A stretch of 64,000 nucleotides of DNA from Macrostomum hystrix (taxonomy: Eukaryota; Animalia; Platyhelminthes): positions 2,852,001 through 2,916,000 of the forward strand of contig CATNEN010000010.1 of the NCBI GenBank assembly GCA_950097015.1, given 5' to 3'. The notes beneath the pieces are model-generated. The model searched no databases. It had not been told where the DNA came from and saw nothing but the letters and a program-made list of their open reading frames with translations. Shown here piece after piece: positions 1 through 11,965 of the stretch; position 1 is the first letter of the stretch; each line of letters starts with the position of its first letter. The translations under genes were made by a program, and so were the position numbers.

Positions 1-1
1 T

Positions 2-196
2 CACTAGGTGGATGTAGCCTACATTAGGCAAGCTGCGCATTAGTGAAGTCACATTGTCATGTCCAGCCAGATCGAGGGCGTGCCCGGCCAGGGCCCTGTA
101 CTGGGCCTGCAGCTCGCATAGTCGGACACCATTCTTAGTGCTGAGAAGTACAGCCCGAAGCAGGCTGTCTTGAGCAGTGGGGCTGGGAGTCGACAT
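2..196 (-). CDS. Host gene exon, N-terminal LOTUS (OST-HTH) domain, TDRD5/TDRD7-like; partial, runs off left edge
   Basis: Manual translation from ATG at 196: MSTPSPTAQDSLLRAVLLSTKNGVRLCELQAQYRALAGHALDLAGHDNVTSLMRSLPNVGYIHLV, matching the LOTUS pattern LRAVL.S.K.G..L..L...YR.L.G.......G......LRS.P.V. Splice acceptor TTTTCAG (AG at 208-207) lies 10 nt upstream of the ATG. Not in the ORF track because it has no stop inside the window. Confidence 0.75.
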   Translation of the reverse strand, partial: MSTPSPTAQDSLLRAVLLSTKNGVRLCELQAQYRALAGHALDLAGHDNVTSLMRSLPNVGYIHLV

Positions 197-568
197 GAAT
201 AAACAGCTGAAAATCAATAAGTAAGGATTAGAGCAAAGAGGCTAGCTAAGGAAAATGCTGTATACTTCATAAATATATAAATATTTGTAGAAATTGATTT
301 ATTAGGCCTAGTCTAAGTGCTAATTAGACAATAAAAACAATTGAAGTATGCAGCTAAGTATTTTGAAAAGCCTACTCCTAACATTTACCAAACTAGTGTT
401 TAGCATTAAGAAAGTATATTTGCCTGTTTAAATTGCACTTTTTGTTGTTGTGATTTGGAATCACATTAACAACAATTATAACACAGCTGTTTTTAATAAC
501 AAAATGAATAATAAATAATACACAAATGAAGAAAAAAATTAAAAAAATCCATTTTAGATTTAAGACTA

Positions 569-1631
569 TCTATATATATAAAAGTGAAAACTCTGTCTGT
601 GTGTGTGTCTGTGTGTGTGCAACCTTTTGTCTTTATAGACGCCGAAACCGCTCAACCAAATCGTACCAAACTTTGCACATACCTAAAACCACCTACGCTG
701 AGTGCAATAGGCTACTCAAATTCCCGAAAAATCATTTCCTTCCTGCTCAAAAGTGCAAAAAACTGCTCAAAAATCGTCAAAAAAGCTCAAGGCAAAAGTT
801 TACCCGAACCTGATGGTTCGATATGCTGACGTTGACTGGCTGTCAGAGAGGGCAATTCTGTGTCCTAGAAATGATGCCGCCAACGAAATTAACTACCAAC
901 TGCTTCAGGAGTTGCCAGGTGCAGTTTTCACCTACAAGTCAATTGATACAACGTTGACTGATGACACCGCTGTGGAGTATCCTGTTGAGTTTCTGAACTC
1001 TCTAGATCCTCCTGGAACTCCATCGCACAACTTGCAGCTGAAAGTTGGGGCACCAGGGCTATTGTTATTGTTATGCCATGGCTATTTTCCTTATGTATAC
1101 GCGTGTACATGCATACTGTATACAGAGGCAGATTTAGGGGGGGGCGGGAGGGCAGTCGCCCCCCTAAATTTTAATCATGGGAATAAGATGCCCCCACCAG
1201 GGGCGCCAGTCGCAGCACTGGCGCCCCTTTTCGGCCGCTGGCGCCCCTTTTTCAGCCGCTGGCTCCCGTTTTTCAGCCGCTGGCGCCCTTTCTTGGCTCC
1301 TGGCGCCCTTTTTCGGCCGCTGGCACCCCCTCTGTGATTCTCATGGCGCTCCCCTGACAGACCGCCCCAAAACAAAATTCCTGGATCTGCCACTGACTGT
1401 ATAGAGGAGTGGCTAAGAGACATGTTTCTAAAGAAGTAATCAAGAGGGGGCTGTTTGGACAAACTTTTCACTTATTTTTTACTTAAAACGCCCTTAAACA
1501 AACTCTTCACTTTTCATTAATGCAGTAAATAAATAAATGGTGACCTTCACTATAAAGTTAATACAGAGACGTGAATTGCTTACTGCTGTGCTTTAAATTT
1601 CTGCCCCAAAAACAACGGGCAAAAAAGCTAG
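569..1631 (+). mobile_element. Non-autonomous Helitron, copy 1 (internally deleted)
   Basis: A|TC 5' end (TCTATATATATAAAAG), GCCC..GGGC hairpin then CTAG|T 3' end. Carries a Pif1-like helicase fragment (VYPNL..DWLSERAILCPRN..EFLNSLDPPG.PSH.L.LKVGAP) at about 796-1054. Near-identical to 61524-63445. Confidence 0.9.
1123..1395. mobile_element. hAT-type MITE nested in Helitron copy 1
   Basis: TIRs CAGAGGCAGAT / ATCTGCCACTG flanked by the 8-bp TSD ACTGTATA (1115-1122 and 1396-1403); no coding capacity. Confidence 0.85.
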
Positions 1632-2021
1632 TAAATGTTTATAATGTTAAAGTTAGAAGCATTATATTTCTATAGGGCCTATGCTTTGTTTTTATAATAA
1701 TAATATAGACAATATGATATTTAAGCCTAACTATCTTTGTTTGTTCCTTTTTAAACAGCTATAACAGTGTAATATGACAATATAATATGGTGCCTAGAAA
1801 ATGTAGTGTCCTAGTTGTGCCACTATCAGTAGGCCTAGGCCTATTTGATATCATTGGATGAGATGCCTAAGCAACAAGATAAGCAAAGGCAAATTAGCAG
1901 TTTTGTTATTGACAAAGTTAATAGTACTAGGTGTACAGGTGGATAGTAGCATGGCCAATATAGCATTGGGGCCTAGTCAGTAAAATTAGTAAAATTTTAC
2001 ACCACTTCACACCTCTTCAGA

Positions 2022-2165
2022 TGCAATGCCAGGCCTACGGAGATCACGTTAGAAAACCTCTGGACTGATCCTGTTAAGGCCGCCACCTTCCTGAGACTAC
2101 CGACGAGCGAGGTAGAGTGTGAGCGTCCCGAACTAGCCTAAAGGAAGGCTACAACATACAACACA
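2022..2165 (+). mobile_element. 3' remnant of a non-LTR retrotransposon (I/Nimb-like C-terminus)
   Basis: Translates CNARPTEITLENLWTDPVKAATFLRLP...*, followed by a GGCTACAACATACAACAC tail. LW..P...A.FL is a typical C-terminal motif of I-group LINEs. No TSD seen. Confidence 0.5.
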
Positions 2166-3923
2166 TTGCTAATCCGGGCTTCATCTCGCTGCTTTTATAT
2201 ATTTTTTGTTAATTAAAAGTAAAGTACTTGTCTTCGTTCCTCGAACCCAGTTTCTGTTTAAGGCAGTGTTTTCACAGTGTACTCTTTGAGCACTCTTAAG
2301 TACTCGTACTCTGGTACTCTTTAAGGGCGTAGCAATAGAGTACTCTGGTATTCATTTAAAGTGCGTACTTTGAAGTGGGCGAGTACTTTTTAAAGTGCAA
2401 CGCATTTCAGTCTGTCATCATCAATCCTAATTTTGTACTATATGAAAGTGTCAATAATCGCTGGTACATTAGTACATTCTCGCAACGTAATTTAGTAGAT
2501 TTATTATATGCATTTTAAAGATACGTTGCTTAGGAAATAACAGATATGTTATCAGTCCTAATAATTATACCCTACGTACTGAAGTAACACAACATAATAT
2601 ATATGGTAACGTGGCTTGATGGCACTGCTAATGTGTGTGTCTGCCCATTCGTGTTGTTGCATGTACAAAACAAGTGCTGTTTGGATAAATCTTTCCTTTA
2701 ATTATGTTTTACGTTTTTTGACAGATGGGCATAGATAGATAGGTAGATAGATCTCATACTGTCTCTCTCACTCTCCGATTCTCCGCGCTCCCTCCCGCTG
2801 TTTTAATTTTGTTAATTTTGTTCCCAAATAAAAACAAAAATTCACCCTCTCCCTCCATATGTGGGTCCCGTATTCGGCTGTCAGTCAGTCAAGGAGATAT
2901 TAGCGCTCATCAAGATTTTGATACAGGAGTCAATGATGCAGTAGTCTGCTCTATTAAAGTGCTTCAGTGAGTATCCTCAGTACAAAGGCCGCTAAGTTTT
3001 GGAATATTTATTACATTTTTTGTTCATTTTATTGGGTGACATGATCAGAAGTAAAAAATAATTTCGAAATATTGAGCAATTAATGCACTTCGACCTGCTA
3101 AGGTGGCACACCTTCAATCTAGTACCTACCTACAAGGATATAAAATGTGATAATATAACATATTCTTTTCCATTAACAAGAGCAACATTCACTGGTGGAT
3201 GAGGAAAATGAAATGGTGGCTGAATGATATGAGTTTTTCCTGATGGCTTACAATAATATGCAAAATATGTTGGCATGAAGTAAGACTTCATTGGTCGTGT
3301 AATAATAAGCCATTTGTTACGAATGAATATTATTTTCCAAATAAGTGCTAGCAATGGCTCAGTCTGATCTTCTGTACTGACATCCTCAACTATTACTTGT
3401 CGCTGCTTAAGAGTTGGGGCATGATATATAAAGCCATTAATTTGTTGTCTTTGTGTTTGCTGACAAAAATCTGGAATATCACCAGTATGAATATTCAAAT
3501 ATTGTGCAATTTGCCTTACAACATTTTCTCCAAGTGCAACTTTAAGTTGGAGGGTTGTCAAAGATGATGCAGTTTGTTAAGAATGACATAATGAAGGCAG
3601 AATTATGGCTAGTCTAGTCTGATACCGTGATGAACAAGTCAAAGAAATGTTTTTAAAATTTCGTGAAATACGAGCAATATTCTTAAAAATTTGATGCACA
3701 GATTCATATCGCATTGACCAAGCAACTTTAAGACCATTGAATTGTAAAATTAGTTCTGGATAATGTAAAAGGTAATGAAGTTTACATTTTGTCTTTGGAG
3801 TACCATTTGATAATGAATAAATTAGTGAATTATGTTCTAAAATAAGTAGTTTTAAGGATTCCTCATTATATATTATTCCTATAGAATCATTAGCAAGTAG
3901 CCAAGACAGCAGCTCACAATGTA

Positions 3924-5231
3924 CGAGGGGTGTACTGAAAGTTTTGAGATGCACCAAAACCAAAAGTGTCTGAGTTAAATTCTCTGTCACAATTTTTCAA
4001 AGTAGTTGCCACCAGCTTGTGCACATTTCCTCATTCGGTGAAACCACTGCGTCCAGGCTCCAGCCCACTGTTCTTCAGGCACTGCTGAAACCACCCGCTC
4101 GAACTCGATTCTTGCTGCTTCAGGGCTCTCAAACCGAGTCCCGCGCAGTTGGTTCTTCACCAAAGGGAAGAGAAAGAAGTCGCAGGGTGCCAGGTCCGGC
4201 GAATATGCAGGATGCGTCACCAGCTGGACTCCATTCTCGGTCAGAAATGCCAATGTTGCAGCAGCCGTGTGCGCACTGGCATTGTCGTGGTGCAGCAGCA
4301 GGCCACGAAGTCCGGTGCGCGGCCGGCGTCTGCGCCACGCATCAAACACCAGCGGCAGGCACTGGTTGATGTACCAGTCGGCATTGACTGTACGCCTGTC
4401 TTGGAGCGCTACAGTCGCCAGGTGGCCAGCCTGGCTGAAGAAAGTCGCCACCATCTGCTTCCCGACGCTGCGGGCCCGCTTGACCTTCGTTGGAGTGGCA
4501 TCATCCGGAAGGAGCCAAACTGCCGACTGCTGCTTGGTTTCCGGGTCGTACTGGTAGACCCAGGTCTCATCACCTGTGACAATCTCCCAGCATCGCTTCG
4601 AGGTGCCAGAGTCGAATTTTTCAAGCATGAATTCGCACCAACGCACCCTCTCTGCTTTCTGGTCCTCCGTCAGGTTGTGGGGCACCCATCGGGCACATCG
4701 CTTGGAGGCTCCCAGCTTGTCGTGTAGGATGGTCGTAACCGCTGCCGATCCAATGCCAAGAGCCTCCCTGATCTCGGCACAGGTCACTCGCCGGTCTTCG
4801 TCGATCATTCTCTGGACGGCAGCGATGTTTTCGTCCGTGACAACGGAAACTGGACGTCCCGACCGAGGCTCGTCATCAAGGCTGCTCCGGCCCCACTTGC
4901 ATTCACTGTACCACCGAAAAACGGTGGCACGTGAAGTGGCTTGGTCTCCAAAGGCAGCACGTAAACTTTCAACGCATTGCTCTTGCGTGAGACCTTTACG
5001 CTGGTCGTAAACAATCATGGCACGAAAGTCGCGGTTTGTCAACTCCATTGGAGCGAGAACAGTTTGGTAGGGGGTATTGACTTTGAAGAGTGATTGTGAA
5101 AAATTGTCAAGAGCGCAAAGGCTGAAAATTTATACTCATTCATTTTTAAGGTGGTAGAGTATGTACATTAAAAGGCGTGCAGCTGCAACTTATAAGTCAG
5201 ACGTATCTAAAAACTTTCAGTACGCCCCTCG
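3924..5231 (-). mobile_element. Full-length mariner transposon (1308 bp)
   Basis: 27-bp TIRs CGAGGGG(T/C)GTACTGAAAGTTTT(G/T)AGAT with 2 mismatches; TA target duplication at 3922-3923 and 5232-5233. Confidence 0.97.
3987..5048 (-). CDS. Mariner D,D34D transposase, intact, 353 aa
   Basis: WVPHNL, TGDETW, HHDNASAH, YSPDLAPCDFFLF; 34 residues counted between the second and third Asp; N-terminal HTH region. Confidence 0.97.
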   Translation of the reverse strand: MELTNRDFRAMIVYDQRKGLTQEQCVESLRAAFGDQATSRATVFRWYSECKWGRSSLDDEPRSGRPVSVVTDENIAAVQRMIDEDRRVTCAEIREALGIGSAAVTTILHDKLGASKRCARWVPHNLTEDQKAERVRWCEFMLEKFDSGTSKRCWEIVTGDETWVYQYDPETKQQSAVWLLPDDATPTKVKRARSVGKQMVATFFSQAGHLATVALQDRRTVNADWYINQCLPLVFDAWRRRRPRTGLRGLLLHHDNASAHTAAATLAFLTENGVQLVTHPAYSPDLAPCDFFLFPLVKNQLRGTRFESPEAARIEFERVVSAVPEEQWAGAWTQWFHRMRKCAQAGGNYFEKL

Positions 5232-8200
5232 TAGTAACATAAGTCTCATTATAATATTTTTATTATTATTCTTACTTTCTCTTATAGTAGGACCAAAGTA
5301 AAGAAGCATTCTGAATACTACAGTTATCATATCAGCAGCACAGAAAGGCAATCGACTTTTACGCAAGTGAGGAATTGCAAGAATGGGGAGAGAAATATTA
5401 AAATGCTTAAGGATCTCCTTTATTTCTTTCAGGTTGAACATTTTTTCTTTTACTAAAAAGTTCAATACAAAACAAACAACTGTATGAGATACCTTCTAAA
5501 AGATCATGAAAAAAAATCAGGTGGAAAAAATAAAGGCATTGTAGTATAACCTAATTCCAAGAAAGTACAATAGTCTTTAATGCCATCAGAATCAATAGTG
5601 TGGGTAGCATCAATTCTTTGAAGATGTGAATATACTTTTAAACAGAAGTCTGAATCACTAACTTTAGCCTTACAAAACCTACAAACATAACCAGATGAAA
5701 AATTACCACCAATTCCATACAATGTATTAATTAAAAGGTTGTCCCCAACACAAAAACAAGCTAAAACAGGAATTCTTCTTTTATTAGATTTATTGTCAAC
5801 TAACACTTCAATGCCTATATCATAAAGATAATTTAATTCTTTAATCATTGGACTATATACTTCATTTAAAGTCAGCCCATCTTGATTACTGTTTTTATTA
5901 AAAATGTTTTTAAACTTCACAAGACTAGCCAAAAAAGTAATGCTTTGTTTGGACTCAAATTCTACTGGTAAATTTAAAATCTTAAAATACACTGCATATA
6001 TTTTATGATTAGTTTTAGCTTTTCTAATCGGGTTACAAACTTCAAATTCATCAGTATATAATGATAAGTAAATTACATTTTTATTGTCACTAGACTTTTC
6101 ATTATCTAATAAAGGAGTAATATACTTTTTAAAATATGGACTTGTAAAGAAAGAAGCCTTTTTTCCAATTCAGTATTAAAAATTAAATTTTGGAAGTCTG
6201 AAATTTGAAGAACCGATGTCAAAGTTTTTTCAATAGGAATATAATAAACTGGAGGTTTGTTTGGAGATACTTCTACTTTTTCTGGCTCAATATATGAGAA
6301 ATTCAGTTTTATGTATTTCATTAATTGTTTATCACTTAGGAGAATATCTAGACAATGATCGAAAAAATATCGAAATCCAATTTTTGTTTAATTTCTTCAA
6401 TTGTGTGAGGATCAATGCCAGTTTCATTAAGTACTAGTTCCATGAGATCAATAAAAGAATGAGAAAATGTTGCCAATATATCATGCACATTGTAAGATAA
6501 TATCTTTGAAGTAGAATTAGGAATACCATACTTGTCACGACCATTAATAAAAAATAAAATTATTTTCTGAGCTAAGTCAACTTGTATTTCATTTTTTAAA
6601 GTATTTGCACTTGCTTGGTTCAAATTTACGATGCCACGTCTGGAATCCAAGGTTTTTAAAGGATTATTTATATCTTTAGCTAGTTCAATTGACTTATGTC
6701 TCTCTTCAACTTCTTCATTGACATTAGGAGTATTAGCAATCAATATATTAGGATTGCTATCTATAATAGGCCTAGTTATTGTAGATTCAATTTGGGCTTC
6801 AGCTTCATCAAGCTCTGGATTAGCTGAAGGCCTGTTAATGATAGGCAAAGGGTTTCGAATTGAATTAATTGTTCTTCTATTCAGAGTTTGTTGAGCACGA
6901 AAATTACTATTTTTTAGATGTCGAAAAATTAGAGCTTTTGCCTTAGAGGTAACAATACAGCCCTTGATAGGGCAATGGAATCGTCTATTGTGAATGAATT
7001 GGTTGGCACAAAAATACTTATAGTGATAATTAAATGAAGAACTTTCATTTGTTGAATAATTACATTTGCAGCAATACATAAACAGAACAAATAGTTGAAA
7101 AACGGAAAACTTCAACATGATTAATGTGGAATATTTTGATGATGTTATGCTGGGAGGGATATTGTTATTTCTACTAATTTCAATTTGCCCTATTAATTAC
7201 CTTTTAGTATTAGCCTAGCCTCAGCCCTTGGCTTTAGTTAGTCTTATAAAAACAAATAAAATGTTTATTAAAAAGTAACCAATAAATGTATTAATAATAT
7301 AGTAGGTAGGAATAGCAAGAGGGATGCCTTCTTAAAAGTTGCAAGAAATTGCAAGAAACTTATTGCAAGAACCTTATTGCAAGAACCTTATTGCAAGAAA
7401 TTTTCAATTTATAAACTGAACTATATCAGTGGAAGCTATAGAGCGCTTGGCTAAGTCAACGACAAACGTGTGAAAGGAGAGAGGACAATGGATATGTAGA
7501 ATATCTGAATGTAAAAGAGAGGGTATTGAGAGGCAGCCATATTGCACAATCTGTTAACTTGCGCACTTTATAGGGTAACGTTTAAACAAAAGTACTGTTT
7601 TCAATTCATGCACTGATATTTTATTCCTATTAGTTTTACCATTATAGTACTAAAAAAATAATTAAATTTTGCATTGATAATTTTAGGCTGTTACTATAAA
7701 ATAAATAATAAATTAGTCGTTAATTGTAAATAGCGCAAGTAGGAGCCGGTGAAAAAAATGATTAAACCTTTAACCCACACAGGCAGGTACGTAAAAACTG
7801 TTATTTACAAAAAAATCGTTCTAGGGAAGTTTTTTCGCCAACTGACAAGGGAAAAAAGGGTTTTCCTTCCACAATGAGTTTGGCTACCATTCGGCCACAT
7901 TAACATACGGTCACTAGTGGGCCACTTTGTGGCTCTTTAGTGGCCACGTTTGACTTACAGTGTAGCTTCTGCTAGAAAATAGGAACAAAACATGCTTAAT
8001 GTCCTTTAGTCCAATAGAAGTCACAGGTGTCCATGAGTTGACTTGAAGACACAGGAGCCGCAGATTCCATGCGTCAGCTGATAAAATCTGTGAGTAGAAA
8101 TAGAAGCCAATTAAATTAGATGAAAATTATGAACTAAAACAACACTATATATGTGTATAAAAGCCCAATAGTCACATTTGAACAAAATTCAACATCTGGG

Positions 8201-8334
8201 TACCGATGCTAAGTTTTTTGAAATGCTTTAGACTTTAGTAAACTATTTTTGCAAAAGCATATAGATACATACTACTAATGAAAATACAAAAAATTAAATT
8301 AAACGTAGTTAATTATTACAAAGTGACAAAGAAC

Positions 8335-8785
8335 TCACCACATTGGAAGAATACGCACAACACTTCGCACTGAAGCATTCGATGTTCGCTTGGGATTGCG
8401 AAGTCCCAAAAACACTTCTAGAGACTCTAGAACATTTTCTGTGAGCTTATCGTGCCGCAAGTTAAGAGCCAAAAATGATAGCAGGTATAATAAAATAGCA
8501 TCGAGTGTCGATTCAGCTGGAATGATCTGGTTAGCAACCAAAACTGCAGTCCACCTGCCGCTTTCTTCTGTTTTAATACTAACCAAACGGCTAGCATCGA
8601 AAATGGCATCCAGGGACTTAACTTTGCTCTTGATTGCCAGCAGCATGAATCCATTCTTAAAATTATTATCCTCAGATGGGCATCCATCGGCTAATAGGTA
8701 AGGCTTTGCACGCTTACTTCTGGCAAATAAGTCCCCACTTCTGGTAAACCAGAGCAGTATGGTGCGAATTTTGTCTTTCAAGGTT
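8335..8785 (-). pseudogene. C-terminal fragment of a CACTA accessory (SAMD3-like) ORF
   Basis: PYLL...N.FMLLA...STLDAILLYLLSFLALNLRH....LESLEVFLGL resembles the conserved C-terminus of TE-associated SAMD3-like proteins. Its 5' side is fused to truncated Ty3-1 pol. Confidence 0.5.
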
Positions 8786-8789
8786 GCAA

Positions 8790-11287
8790 TTGCATTTTTT
8801 TGCTGCCCATGCGACTGCTAGGAGCTCCAACTCAATCATCGCGTACCGCCTTTCCGTTTCTGATATAAAGCGAGAACCTGCTTGGACTATCTTCCAGATG
8901 CCATCGTCTTGCTTTTGCTGGAGTACGAAACCCAGGCCTTTCAGCCGGGAAGCATCGGTATGCAGTGCGGTCTGTTTTGACGGGCTATAGTACGCCATGG
9001 TGGGAATTTTACTCAACTCGTTCCGCATTTTGTCGAAAGCCTCCTCGTGCTGAACATCCCAGAGGAACTCGCTCGTGGGCTTCAGCAATTCTCGCAGTGG
9101 CCCACCCAGCGTTGCTATTTTGCCGCTGCAGACTCCCACTTGGTTGACTAGGCCGAAGAATGCCCGGAGATCTGTTATGTTGTCCGGTCTTGGAAACTCC
9201 CTAATGGCTTTCACTATCGCTGGGTCCATTGTAAATCCACTCGAGTCAAGCTGGAAGCCGGCGAATGTCACTCTGGGCTGGGCTAGCATGAACTTGTCCG
9301 GGTTGAGGCTGATCCCACGGTCTCTGCATCGCAGCAGGAACTCCCGTATGGCTTGTAAATGATCCGGAAGGTTATCGTGAGCAATGAGTACATCGTCCAC
9401 GATGTGATGCGTGTTCTGCAGGTCCACCAGCACTTCGTCCATCCGTCTGTTGAAGTGTTCAGATATGGATGACAATCCGAATGGTGCTCGCAGGTACTTG
9501 AACCTGCCGAAGGGCGTGATGAATGTCGTCAGCGGTTGCGACTCGTTATCCAGTGGCACTTGGTGGTAGCCCTTCGTTGCATCCACAGTTGTGAAGAACC
9601 TTGCATCATTTAAGTTCGACACTATTTCGAATGGCGTTTGGCTGATGTATCTTTCTCGAACGACATATTTGTTCAGATTCCGCAGATCAACACACAGTCG
9701 GATGTTACTGCGGTCCTTCTTGGGCTGCACGGTGATTGGCGCACACCATTCTGTCGGCTCGGTCACCTTGGCTATGACTCCTTCTCGTTCCAGCTCTTCG
9801 AGTTCTCTCTTGAGCATCGGCTTCAATGGCTCTGCGATCCTCCGCGGTGTTGAAACCGCAAAGGGCTTGGCATTGGCTGACAGCTTGATCTTGAAAGTTT
9901 CGCCGGACATTCTGCCGATCCTTCTGCTGAATACGTCTGCGAACTCTTTCTGTATAGTTCCCACCGGGCTGCTGTCTCTAGCCCTGGGGTCCAGCCTTCC
10001 GATGATTTGTTGCGGGAAGTTTCTTGGAATGATACCGAGCTCGCGGCATGTCTCTCTTGACAAAATCATGCTGGACACTCCGCTGATGACATGAAACTGG
10101 CGCTGTAGCTCAACTTTACCCAAGCTTATTTTTAGCTGGATCGATCCCATGGACTTCAGATGCCTACCGTCTATGGCCTGTGGCTGTACGTCGGATGGTA
10201 GTAGGTTGTTCGCGTCTTCACCAAGACTTGGCAGCAGGTCCTCTGGGATAGCATTAATAAACGCCCCCGTATCCGGCAGAGCTGAGACGGTCTTTACGCC
10301 GTCTTCCGTGCTGATGCTCAGCTGCACACAGGTTGCCGAATTCTCACTTGGCCTGTTGCTGCCCGTAACAGATAGTATCGAATGGAGTTTCTCGGCTCCG
10401 ACTGCATTCGAGCTACTTTGGCATTGCCTTGCGAAGTGGTTCGCCTTACCACATCTTTTGCATGGTTTTCCCCATGCTGGGCATTTCTCTTAGCCGACCT
10501 CGTGTTGACGTCCACAGAACTTGCAGCCCCGGTCCGTGGCCGCAGTCCGCCCGCTGGCTTGAGTATGCGGTCCGGTCTTTTGAGCTTCGGCAGTGCCATG
10601 ATGCCTTGACTGTTTGCCCTTCTTGTACGCTGACGCTCGTCGAAGAGCAGACATTTTCGACGTCTCGTTCTTCATTGTTGCGCAGTTCTTCCTGGAACTC
10701 TCCATTGTCTCGCAGATTGTCTTTGCGCGCTCCAGTGTGAGGTTGCTGCCTTCCTCCAATAGCTTCTCGACCGTCGCAGGGTCACGCAGTCCCATCACAA
10801 TGCGGTCGCGCAGTTGAAGGTCTTCGCAGTTTGCACAGCATCTCTGGAAATTGCATCGAGCTGCCATCTCCTTGATGACCACGAACCAATCGCCGAATGA
10901 TTCCCCGTCCTGCTGGTTGCGCAGCCAGAACTCGCGCCGCTCAAAAATGTCATTTTTCTGGCCGCTGATGAACAGCTCCAGTGCCTTGATGGTTTCACCG
11001 GCGTCGTCCTTGTGCTCAGCCTTCAGCTGAGGCAGGCTGTCGACGACCCGGAGGGTCTCCATGCTCAGGCAGTGGCGCAATGCGAAGAGCCGCAGCTTTT
11101 TCTTCTCAGCTGCCTCTGCGATTCCGTTCAGGCCGGACAGCTCTTCAAATGCTTCCCATAATTTCTTCCATTGTGGGAACAGATGCTTCTGCGATTCGAT
11201 GTCGAACTGGGGCGCTCCTCTGACGTCGATTTTCGGGGCCATGGCCAGAGTGACTCCACAACATATGTCGATGTCTGGGTCCGTCAC
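8790..11287 (-). pseudogene. Ty3/gypsy-1 gag-pol (Gag, CCHC, protease, RT, partial RNase H); integrase deleted
   Basis: ORF 10490-11287 and ORF 8714-10327 are in the same frame, separated by one TAA before EKCPAWGKPCKRCGKANHFARQC. Motifs LPDTGA, HIVDDVLI, HTDAS..GLG, ELLAVAWA. Homology ends at a TGCAATTGCA junction near 8790. Confidence 0.9.
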
Positions 11288-11330
11288 TTCAATCTAGGCA
11301 AGCTTTCTCAATTTGCTGCTTGCGATGCCA

Positions 11331-11487
11331 TGTTTCGTGCGATGCCGAATCGCGCAGAAAGTAAGTCTGAGCCTTGCAGGCTCGCCCGCACTCAAGGGCT
11401 CTTGTCCTGTATATTTGCCATAGACTAATGGCTTTTACTTGTACTTATAATAGGTTGGTGCCCTTGGCACAAATACGCTAATACACA
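11331..11487 (-). repeat. 5' LTR of Ty3/gypsy-1 (outer boundary approximate)
   Basis: Minus strand TGTGTATTAG...CACGAAACA followed immediately by a PBS-like TGGCATCGC; the outer end abuts the DIRS YR coding frame. Confidence 0.6.
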
Positions 11488-11489
11488 GC

Positions 11490-11965
11490 GCGATTGCTAG
11501 CAACGAGGTTGGCACGACGCAGGAGCCCCCACCAGCCGGTCAGGACTGCGCTCCAAAAGGCAGCTTGTTTAGGGTCGTCTAAGCGTAGGTGTCCGCGGAT
11601 GCCGCGCAGAATTGATGGAGTGATCGGCCGCTTTCGGCGTTGTTGACAACCAAGGAGGCGCTACGCCCCCCGTAGCACCAGCTTCACTGAGGGGTGCCCG
11701 GTGGGATCGACGCACCCCGCCAGCTTGTACAACCGACCGACTGACGACATGTAGCTCAGAACGGTGCCGAATTTGAGTCCCTTGGCAACCAGACTGCTGG
11801 CGAACCGGCACACGTGGCTTGGCTCAGCGCTTAGTGGGTGAAGCTTCGAGCGCCGACAGAATTCCGACCAGCCGCGCCAGTGGCTTTTCGATGAGCGCCA
11901 GGTTGAAGACGAGAAGGCCAGATGTACCAGTTGGGCCAGCAGAGGGTCGGGACGTGGGCCAGCAC
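11490..11965 (-). pseudogene. DIRS tyrosine recombinase, N-terminal part (one frameshift, truncated by Ty3-1)
   Basis: Manual translation: LAQLVHLAFSSSTWRSSKSHWRGWSEFC..GLKFGTVLSYMSSV..PSVKLVLRG /fs/ RKRPITPSIL..AFWSAVLTGWWGLLRRANLV (first catalytic Arg motif). Confidence 0.8.

Larger units (their letters stand above)
3130..7118 (-). pseudogene. CACTA-like transposase, fragmented and interrupted by mariner
   Basis: N-terminal C/H-rich zinc-finger-like motifs; GDNL...GGNFSSGYVCRFC; KLHYLLHYPELILQF.G....WSMRYE typical of Transposase_21/EnSpm-type C-termini; several stops and frameshifts. Confidence 0.7.
3130..7942 (-). mobile_element. CACTA/EnSpm-like DNA transposon 1 (degenerate; left end not found)
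   Basis: Terminus TTACAGTG|TA at 7942 with GGCCAC subterminal repeats (7880-7930). Broken transposase ORFs 6348-7118, 6106-6321, 5504-5992, 5217-5465, 3577-3921, 3130-3561. Confidence 0.7.

Noticed and set aside
2265-2410. GTACTC/GAGTAC motif cluster with CACAGTG as the left end of CACTA-1
   Set aside because: Does not match the 7942 terminus or its GGCCAC repeats; possibly an unrelated transposon-end relic.
7340-7400. TTATTGCAAGAACC short tandem repeat
   Set aside because: Ordinary short minisatellite in a transposon non-coding region.
11488-11521. CACGACGCA at 11521 as the outer end of the Ty3-1 LTR
   Set aside because: This sequence encodes the YR motif LRRANLV, so it belongs to the DIRS element.
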